DNA of 45,005 nucleotides, taken from NCBI GenBank assembly GCA_036339465.1, contig JAYZAY010000070.1, positions 1 to 45,005 of the forward strand. The letters are read 5' to 3'. Every line of letters starts with the position of its first letter. Within the stretch, counting starts at the first letter, position 1. The notes under the pieces were generated by a model. That model had not been told where the DNA came from and made no database searches. It saw nothing but the letters and a program-made list of their open reading frames with translations. The DNA comes from Myxococcota bacterium. Its GTDB lineage: Bacteria > Myxococcota > XYA12-FULL-58-9 > JABJBS01. This document shows, piece by piece, positions 38,029 to 45,005 of the stretch. The position numbers were made by a program, and so were the translations under genes.

Positions 38029-41000
38029 ATGTGGAGGGGAAGTATTCGTCATTGCAGATATTTCGTATTTCTCGTTTCGGTGACTTTTTCACTTTCTTGT
38101 AGCGACGAGTCGCCTCAAAATGAAACAACGCACGGGTTTGTCGATCAAGCACAGCCCATCCAAAAGCTTGAGCAAGGTGTCGATATTGTATTTGGTCTGG
38201 GTTACGATTGTGACGATACTGACGATTGCGGCTCGGCGTTTTGTGTGGATGGTGTGTGCTGCGAAAGTGCGTGTGATGGTCTGTGTATGGGATGTGTCCG
38301 GAGCCAAACGGGTTTTGAGGATGGGCAGTGTGAGCCCGTCGCGGTCGACACGGATCCCGAGGGAGAATGCACCGATTCGCGCACTGAGGGTGAGGACCCC
38401 GATGGGGATGGTGACGCAGGGTACAAGTACTCCTGTGGAACCACTGGTGTGTGCAGTGGCATCAAGAATGGAACGACATCAAGTTGCGCATTAGAGCCCG
38501 TGGGAACAATCTGTCTGCCCCCTCGCTGCAACCGTTCTGAGTTTGTCCTGAACCAAGAGTGTGTGTGGGATACCGATTGTGGGCCGTATTCAAGGTGCAT
38601 CGATTACCAATGCACCACAGATCCAAGGCGGCGGCAATTTGTATTGAGGGAGTCTTATTGTAATGGTCTAGGTGCATGTAATGTAGAATACGGCAGCGGT
38701 GCGATTTCCCTCGATTGCTCTAATTATGCCTGCGCTGATTATGTCAATGCAGGCACTTCGGAGTGGCCGATTCCCCCAGACTCTGTCACATGCGAATCAG
38801 GCTGTGCAGGCGACGACGACTGCAATACCGGTTATCGGTGCGACGACCAGACAGAGTGTGTCCCCGATTCGAAAATTGAACCAGGACAAGAGTGTATTTC
38901 GAATGCCCAGTGTTCTTCCGGGAAATGTGACATGGGGATATGTTGCGAATCGGATTGTGCCACCTGTCAAACCTGCAATCCTCTTTATTGGGTGAAAAAC
39001 TGCACCAATGGTGAGTGTGTAGACGGTAGCTTGTGTACAAGTAGCTCTGATTGCCAGAGTCTTGAGAATTCGACCGGTACGTGCCGAAATGTTCGGAACG
39101 ATGATGCCCTCATTTGGACCCGCACATCTGGTGGGGCTTTGGAGTGTGCTCAGAATTCCTTTGAGCAATGTGGGACCGATGGGCATTGTAATGGTAGTGG
39201 AGGGTGTCGATATTGGGAACCGGGCACTCTTTGTCACCCACCCTACTGCTCCTGTTCGGAAGATGGGACCTCATGCTTCGCTCAAGAGTCTGTTAGTGTG
39301 TGTAGCGCGGTGTCGGATGGAACTCAAAGCTGTAACAAGTCTTCATGCACCAAGATCTCCACGTCCTGTAATTGCAGTGATTCTAACAATTACGGTGTCG
39401 ATGTTCTCTTAAGTGATACATGTGAATGTAGCAATATGGAGGACGTAAGCTGTGCTTTGGGGCAAGGCATCGTCCAATGCGGATTATATGGATGTGATGG
39501 AAACAACACCACGTGTTTATTGGCGTGTCAACAAACAGCAGAATGTACGGCGTTGGCCTATTGTGCGGAGGGAACATGTGAGCCCAAAAAAGAGAAGGGT
39601 TTTTCGTGTGGGTTGGATGAGGAATGTTTGACCGATTATTGCGCTAAAAACTATTGGGATGGTTCCGCCGCTCAAGTTGGGGTATCCACAGGCGTGTGTT
39701 GTGACGCCGGCTGTCGAGGAACATTGGAGGCCACAAATGATGCTGCCACAGGCATTTTCGGTTGTAAGGTGTGCGACAATTTGGGCGAGTGCAGTAATAC
39801 TGCAGTGGATACGGATCCTTTCGATGTCTGTGCTGCACCCGGTGTTTCTTCATCGGAGCGTTGTCAAAAGGGGACCTGTGATGGAAATGGGTATTGCGAC
39901 TATCACGGCCGAGAGGGAGAAAACTACGTGTGTGCATCGGGCTGCAAAGATAAACTGAATGTTTATGATACGAAATATTGTGAGTATTTAACTGCTAGTC
40001 ATTCGGCTTTTTGCCCCGCAAATACCTCGACCGACTGCGGTCTCTTTTCATGTGATCAGACAGGTGGCACCAATGAGTGTTTTCGCACCTGCACGCCGAA
40101 TTCAGGCTCATTGGATTCGTCCCAGTGTGAGTCGCATGACATCGTTTGCATCGACCAAATCTGTATCGACAAATATGGGCTAGGCGTTGACTGTGAGAAT
40201 GATTCACAATGCGCTTCTGGGAATTGTAAACCATTTTATGATGCATCTTTCGCAATCTCTGGAGATTCTGAAAAAAAATGCTGTGAAGCAACTTGCAGCT
40301 CAACCAGCCCATGTCAGGGTTGCAACGCAAACGGGCTCTGCACAAGTCTCCCAGCTGGAGTCAATGCCCGCACCAATGATTGTGATCCCGATGAGAATGA
40401 TCCCTGTGGTTTCTCGGGCCAGTGTGATGGTGCAGGGGCGTGTGGGTATGCCCCTTCAGGGACAGAATGTCAGGCTGCCGTGTGTAGCGGCAGCTCGAAA
40501 CAATTTGCCTACTATTGTAATACCACAGTCCCCACGCAACCAGGGACCTGTGGACCCAGTGCACAGGATGTGTCGTGTAACGATTATAATTGTTTCATTT
40601 CGAGTGGTGAACCTTCTTGTTATAGCGCATGTGAGTACAGTGGCCAATGTGTAAACGGTGCTTATTGTTTTGATGGAGAATGTAAGACCAATCACCCATC
40701 CAAGGCTCTCGCGATCTGGGATATCAAATTTCAAGCGGTAAGTGTTGTTGAACAGTTTGTGTTTTCTCTCGATCAAACCAGCCATCTTTGGGACTCTTTC
40801 CCCAATGATTGCTTGGGGGCGACTGAAGAGCGAGCCTACTGTGAACCGGGTCATGTTATGGTTGGCTTTGAACCCTACAGCTCTATGCAGGGCTTTAAAT
40901 TGGTTTGTGGCGAATTGGAATCTGATGGTAGCATCGCCATACCAGCCACTCAAAGCGGCGATAATAAGCTTTTACGAGGCCAGGCGCTGGGTGTAGCTGA

Positions 41001-44000
41001 CCCTCAGCAGCTTTGTACCTCGCCTGAGTATGTAAACAAGATAGACTATGAATCCGATGGAAGTGCTTTGTCGAGTTTTCAAGCCTCTTGTGGCGTTGGG
41101 AGTATGAGGAGTGGTGATGTGCTTGCGTGGGGGAGCTCGGGTAATTCGAGCAACGTCACAAGTGATTGTGAATCGAATGAGGCAGTGGTGGGAATCAAGG
41201 CACAGCTCATGGGGGACCGCATTTGTTCTATGGCGGTTCGGTGTGCTTCAGTGGTCGGTGTGGAAATCGATGCAACTGCGGAGGCAGTGACGTGGGCGCA
41301 TCCTATGGCTTTTGATCCAGATGACGTGGATACAATTGTTTGGCAAACGATAAGTGGCGCCGATAAGGAGGGTAACCAAGCGAAGTGGCAAGCCGACAGT
41401 GCCGACTTTTCGGGCAATGATAGTTATTCCTATACGGTTGACAACGCATCCTACTACGGCACCGGTAGTGCATGGCAGGCGGATGTTAATATTGTTGTGG
41501 GGCGCACCGCGCCTTTCTTCATGGATAGTTCCTCCGGCCTCATCTGGATGAAATGCCCCCAGGGCATGATCTACAATGTGGTTAGCGATACGTGCGAAGG
41601 TGTGATGGATAAATTTAACTACTGCCACCACAATTCAAATGCCTGCAATGGGGACATCTTTGATGCCTTGGTGAAAATCGATGGTGATGCTCCCGGGGGG
41701 ACATGTCCTTACGGAGGCATAAAGATTAAAGGCGCCCTTGATGCCAATTACAACGGAGCGCTGGATTGGATTGAGCTAAGCCCCGGCGGCGAATATTATG
41801 AGGATCCTCTTTTGGGTCACCGAAGTACCACTTATGGGAAATATGTTTGTGCCCTAGAAAACCAGGGGGCCACAGTTAACTTCATCCATGAGCCAGCTGG
41901 CCCCAACTGTTTGTTTGGCGGCCAGAAGATAGAAATTAATAATGGATGGCTCTATAACGATAGCGGCACAACTGACCAGACGGAGGACTATTTTTGTGAT
42001 GGCGATTACGTCATTGGCGCGGGCCAACACCGACCGGAACACGATCATGGGATTTTGCGAGCGGGTGGACTCTTTGATACTTGTAATGATTTAAACAGAG
42101 GTGGTCAAACCGGTTGGCGAGTCCCCACCCTTGATGAGCTTAAGTCTATGACTCGTTGTGCCGATGGGAGCACTCCTAAAAGTGTTGATGTCCCATTTGG
42201 TACCCCACCCTATAAATCGTGGCAGTGTGATGACCAGATCGAATCTCAATCCATTATTGATCTTATTCCTCACCCAGAGTTTAAGGCTATCAGCGATCCA
42301 ACCAGTGGCTTGAGAGTTTGGTCGGCAAACGCGGGGGTTCATGGGTCGATATTAACTCCAACCACGGCTAAGGCCGCATTCCTGAATTTTTATGGCTCAA
42401 CATTTCTTCAAGACGGCACTTACAATGTTGACAGATTCGATAGCAATTCCGCCGGCGATCCGATTAATCAATATGGGGTGTTCTGTGTAAATGGGCCGCC
42501 GGAGCAGATGCCCCAAGAGATTGACCCGAACTCCACCTGCATTGATCAAGGGGATGGTACATGCATATGGACATGCAACGAGGGCTACCACTACCATCAT
42601 TCAAGCCTTGGGCAGGTTTCGGAATATCAGGCCTCCGAGGATTGCAAAACCTGCCACCTTGATTTCTGTGTACCGCCGTCATTTTCCGATCCACAAGTTT
42701 ACGATCAATGGGGTAAGCCTTTGTTTAGCGAACACGGAACTTACGTCGCCGAATATTCTGAAGATACGTATCATGACCATAGCCGTGCCTGGCCTGCATT
42801 CGGGAGCAAAGCCACTTTTTCCTGCAAGAATGGCTACTATCTAAGCGGCGAGGCCGAACGATACTGCGTGGCAGGTGGCGAGTGGTCGGATTCTATGGAT
42901 GCCGAGTCCTCGAGGGAGTTTCCTCTCTGTGAGCCCTGCACAACCGTTGCCAATTGCAAAGCGAACAAGATTACTTGCACAAACGACACCGACCAAGTGT
43001 GCAGCGAATGCCAAGACGGATATGTGGGCGACGGCAGCCCTACCGGCACCGCTACCTGCTTGGTGGACTGTGGCTCGCTATCAAACACCATTACGGATGG
43101 CACGGTGGTGCTTGACGGCGGGGCGACCACTCACGGGTCCACTGCTTCTGTTCAATGCAATTCAGGCTATTATCGCGAAGGCACTTCTCCCCTTAAATGT
43201 GAGGACACGGGCTCATGGGAATGGGAGAGCAATACTTCCCCCACCTGTCTGCCCTGCACAACCGTTGCCAATTGCGAGGCGGTGACATGCACCAATTCCT
43301 GCGCAGCTTCTTATCATTATATTGCTCCGGGACGAGTGAACCAAAGCCACTGGAACAATAAGCCTGAGTCCATATGCACAGACCCCACTTCCAATCAGGG
43401 AGCTGAGAGCGGAGTTGGTTATGCTTCCGCATATGGAACCGACATTACCGTCACCTGCTGCAATAGCTCTGGCTCGAGCGGCGCACGTCCAGGTTGTGAA
43501 AGGCCAAAAACTTATGCGGAAGCAGTAGAAATCTGCGAAAATGCCGGTTATCGACTGTGCACTCTTGATGAAATGTTGAACGAAGTGACGCGGGGTACGG
43601 GCTGTAATTTTGATAATTCGTACAACTGGGTGTCGGATACATGCGATCCACCCAGTAATGACGTAAACTCGGGGGGGGCGGTTGGTTGTTCCATCTCCAG
43701 CAGCTGCGAAAGTGGATATGCGGGAGACCAGGTAACTTGCACAAGCGCCACCGACCAAGTGTGCACCACCTGCAAAGATGGATATGTGGGCGACGGCAGC
43801 GCTACCTGCACCATTAAATCCTGCGATGCCCTCACAACAGCCAATGGCTCCGTGGCCTACACCGGTGATGACCTTGGGAATAACAACTCCCACACGTTTG
43901 GAGCCACCGCTACGCTCAGCTGTGATGATGGCTACTACCTAAGCAGCGACGTGACCCCCACCTGCAACGCCAACGGAGCATGGAGTGGTGCCTTGCCCTC

Positions 44001-45005
44001 GTGCAACGTTTGCAACGATGTCTCTCATTGCGCGGGGACGGTGACTTGCACAAGCAACTCCAACCAAGTCTGCAACCAATGCGCAGACGGATATGTGGGC
44101 GACAATACCAATACCTGCACTTTCTACGCACCGGGCGCAGCATGCCCTCCTGGAGCGCTTTATGGGCAATCCTGCTATCCTATTATGCCCACGGGCATCA
44201 CCGAGTGCTATGATGAGAGCAGCGCGATTTCTTGCCCAGGTACCCCCGGCGGATCGTCTTATCCTATTTTTGGTCAATGGTATCTCGTCTTTAGACAAAC
44301 GAGCCCTTATTTATGGACATCCCATCAAAGTTTTTCCTTAAATGCCGGTGATCCAGAAAATGATAATTATTCTATTTTAGACACGATAACTGATTTTAAA
44401 AGTGCTGATGGTACATATCGATTTAAGTATGTTGATCCAGACACGGGTGATTACAACGATTGGAGACAAACAAATAACCTAACAAACGAAGCACAAGCTG
44501 GATACAGTTCCGTTGATGTTGCGTTCGATGCGAGGGGCTTTGAGGGTTTAGCTCCTACTAGCCGTGAAGAGACCCATATTGATGGTACTGTAAATGATAA
44601 TTGGTGGTATGCCATTGCCGCTACATACAAGGGCAGTAATGGGTTTCCTGGTTTAGACCGTTGGCAGGAAAAAGTAGAACTCTATGCAATGAAAGAATGG
44701 AGTGATCATTCATCTACCTGCAAAGATACGGAATTTTGTGGTCAAGACGGGCAATACCCAGATGTGCCCAATCCCCGTTATACCTGCATAAACGCAAATG
44801 GCGCAGACGTCGCCTGCAGCACCCCTCCTTCGGCCACGGGAGAGACGGTCTACGATAATTTCACAGGCCTCACTTGGCAACGACACGAACCTACAACTAA
44901 AACGGTTTCTGAGGCAGAGAGTGCGTGTACTAGCCTCAACGCCGGCGGTCTAACCTCTTGGCGGATGCCCACAATCACCGAATTGCGAACCCTACTCAAT
45001 TGGAG
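38029..45005 (+). CDS. Giant (>=2325 aa, 3'-truncated) Cys-rich multidomain lipoprotein/adhesin: Cys repeats, beta-prism-like, Ig-like, Lcl/DUF1566, Sushi/CCP, fibrinogen-like
   Basis: Translated by hand: in-frame TAA at 38020, ATG at 38029 (MWRGSIRHCRYFVFLVSVTFSLS-C lipobox), no in-frame stop to the window end. Missing from the ORF track, presumably because it has no stop in the window. Confidence 0.88.
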   Translation, partial: MWRGSIRHCRYFVFLVSVTFSLSCSDESPQNETTHGFVDQAQPIQKLEQGVDIVFGLGYDCDDTDDCGSAFCVDGVCCESACDGLCMGCVRSQTGFEDGQCEPVAVDTDPEGECTDSRTEGEDPDGDGDAGYKYSCGTTGVCSGIKNGTTSSCALEPVGTICLPPRCNRSEFVLNQECVWDTDCGPYSRCIDYQCTTDPRRRQFVLRESYCNGLGACNVEYGSGAISLDCSNYACADYVNAGTSEWPIPPDSVTCESGCAGDDDCNTGYRCDDQTECVPDSKIEPGQECISNAQCSSGKCDMGICCESDCATCQTCNPLYWVKNCTNGECVDGSLCTSSSDCQSLENSTGTCRNVRNDDALIWTRTSGGALECAQNSFEQCGTDGHCNGSGGCRYWEPGTLCHPPYCSCSEDGTSCFAQESVSVCSAVSDGTQSCNKSSCTKISTSCNCSDSNNYGVDVLLSDTCECSNMEDVSCALGQGIVQCGLYGCDGNNTTCLLACQQTAECTALAYCAEGTCEPKKEKGFSCGLDEECLTDYCAKNYWDGSAAQVGVSTGVCCDAGCRGTLEATNDAATGIFGCKVCDNLGECSNTAVDTDPFDVCAAPGVSSSERCQKGTCDGNGYCDYHGREGENYVCASGCKDKLNVYDTKYCEYLTASHSAFCPANTSTDCGLFSCDQTGGTNECFRTCTPNSGSLDSSQCESHDIVCIDQICIDKYGLGVDCENDSQCASGNCKPFYDASFAISGDSEKKCCEATCSSTSPCQGCNANGLCTSLPAGVNARTNDCDPDENDPCGFSGQCDGAGACGYAPSGTECQAAVCSGSSKQFAYYCNTTVPTQPGTCGPSAQDVSCNDYNCFISSGEPSCYSACEYSGQCVNGAYCFDGECKTNHPSKALAIWDIKFQAVSVVEQFVFSLDQTSHLWDSFPNDCLGATEERAYCEPGHVMVGFEPYSSMQGFKLVCGELESDGSIAIPATQSGDNKLLRGQALGVADPQQLCTSPEYVNKIDYESDGSALSSFQASCGVGSMRSGDVLAWGSSGNSSNVTSDCESNEAVVGIKAQLMGDRICSMAVRCASVVGVEIDATAEAVTWAHPMAFDPDDVDTIVWQTISGADKEGNQAKWQADSADFSGNDSYSYTVDNASYYGTGSAWQADVNIVVGRTAPFFMDSSSGLIWMKCPQGMIYNVVSDTCEGVMDKFNYCHHNSNACNGDIFDALVKIDGDAPGGTCPYGGIKIKGALDANYNGALDWIELSPGGEYYEDPLLGHRSTTYGKYVCALENQGATVNFIHEPAGPNCLFGGQKIEINNGWLYNDSGTTDQTEDYFCDGDYVIGAGQHRPEHDHGILRAGGLFDTCNDLNRGGQTGWRVPTLDELKSMTRCADGSTPKSVDVPFGTPPYKSWQCDDQIESQSIIDLIPHPEFKAISDPTSGLRVWSANAGVHGSILTPTTAKAAFLNFYGSTFLQDGTYNVDRFDSNSAGDPINQYGVFCVNGPPEQMPQEIDPNSTCIDQGDGTCIWTCNEGYHYHHSSLGQVSEYQASEDCKTCHLDFCVPPSFSDPQVYDQWGKPLFSEHGTYVAEYSEDTYHDHSRAWPAFGSKATFSCKNGYYLSGEAERYCVAGGEWSDSMDAESSREFPLCEPCTTVANCKANKITCTNDTDQVCSECQDGYVGDGSPTGTATCLVDCGSLSNTITDGTVVLDGGATTHGSTASVQCNSGYYREGTSPLKCEDTGSWEWESNTSPTCLPCTTVANCEAVTCTNSCAASYHYIAPGRVNQSHWNNKPESICTDPTSNQGAESGVGYASAYGTDITVTCCNSSGSSGARPGCERPKTYAEAVEICENAGYRLCTLDEMLNEVTRGTGCNFDNSYNWVSDTCDPPSNDVNSGGAVGCSISSSCESGYAGDQVTCTSATDQVCTTCKDGYVGDGSATCTIKSCDALTTANGSVAYTGDDLGNNNSHTFGATATLSCDDGYYLSSDVTPTCNANGAWSGALPSCNVCNDVSHCAGTVTCTSNSNQVCNQCADGYVGDNTNTCTFYAPGAACPPGALYGQSCYPIMPTGITECYDESSAISCPGTPGGSSYPIFGQWYLVFRQTSPYLWTSHQSFSLNAGDPENDNYSILDTITDFKSADGTYRFKYVDPDTGDYNDWRQTNNLTNEAQAGYSSVDVAFDARGFEGLAPTSREETHIDGTVNDNWWYAIAATYKGSNGFPGLDRWQEKVELYAMKEWSDHSSTCKDTEFCGQDGQYPDVPNPRYTCINANGADVACSTPPSATGETVYDNFTGLTWQRHEPTTKTVSEAESACTSLNAGGLTSWRMPTITELRTLLNW
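42933..44103 (+). repeat. Dispersed intragenic DNA repeats encoding CTTVANC and TCT-x3-QVC-x2-C-x-DGYVGD modules
   Basis: Identical 25-mer at 42933-42957 and 43251-43275; three similar ~60-bp copies near 42973, 43735 and 44044. Confidence 0.85.

Noticed and set aside
42643..42657. CKTCH as a heme c binding motif
   Set aside because: A single CxxCH in a very Cys-rich protein is expected by chance, and there is no cytochrome context
38089..44341. Numerous 60-226 aa ORFs in the track
   Set aside because: Shadow ORFs in alternative frames of the giant frame +1 gene
41521..45005. Diversity-generating retroelement target (DUF1566/C-type lectin domains plus near-identical DNA repeats)
   Set aside because: No reverse transcriptase in the window, the repeats are intragenic, and their differences are not confined to adenines. 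A DGR beyond the right edge cannot be excluded.

Overview
Bacterial chromosomal window of roughly 50% GC with a G/T-rich + strand. The many Cys-rich lipoproteins and the STAND cyclase suggest Myxococcota/Deltaproteobacteria (inference). Left part: a phosphate-uptake cluster (OprO/P-type porin, DUF2164, PhoU-like protein, NaPi-II/NptA symporter) with matching Pho-box-like 11-bp repeats upstream of both the porin and nptA. Middle: mixed housekeeping, signalling and accessory genes (SDR epimerase, gcvR, Cys-rich lipoproteins, PI-PLC-like lipoprotein, NUDIX, PAS-PP2C phosphatase, a hipBA toxin-antitoxin pair with promoter and four operator-like sites, fbaA, PNGase F-like lipoprotein, two YbjQ-like lipoproteins, cyclase-STAND-TPR, carbamate kinase, flavin reductase, YjfB-like, atypical CheD, half-cyclase). 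Right 17 kb: two tandem giant lipoprotein genes. The first is a 3228-aa S8 protease with FN3 repeats and five discoidin-like domains nested inside FN3 units. The second is an ORF of at least 2325 codons (38029 to the window end), absent from the supplied ORF track. It is a mosaic of Cys-rich repeats, a beta-prism-like unit, Lcl/DUF1566 C-type-lectin-like domains, three Sushi/CCP domains and a low-GC fibrinogen-like insert. Short unrelated tandem repeats recur just downstream of stop codons. No rRNA, tRNA, CRISPR array, transposase or reverse transcriptase was recognised. All domain calls come from motif recognition by eye, not database searches.
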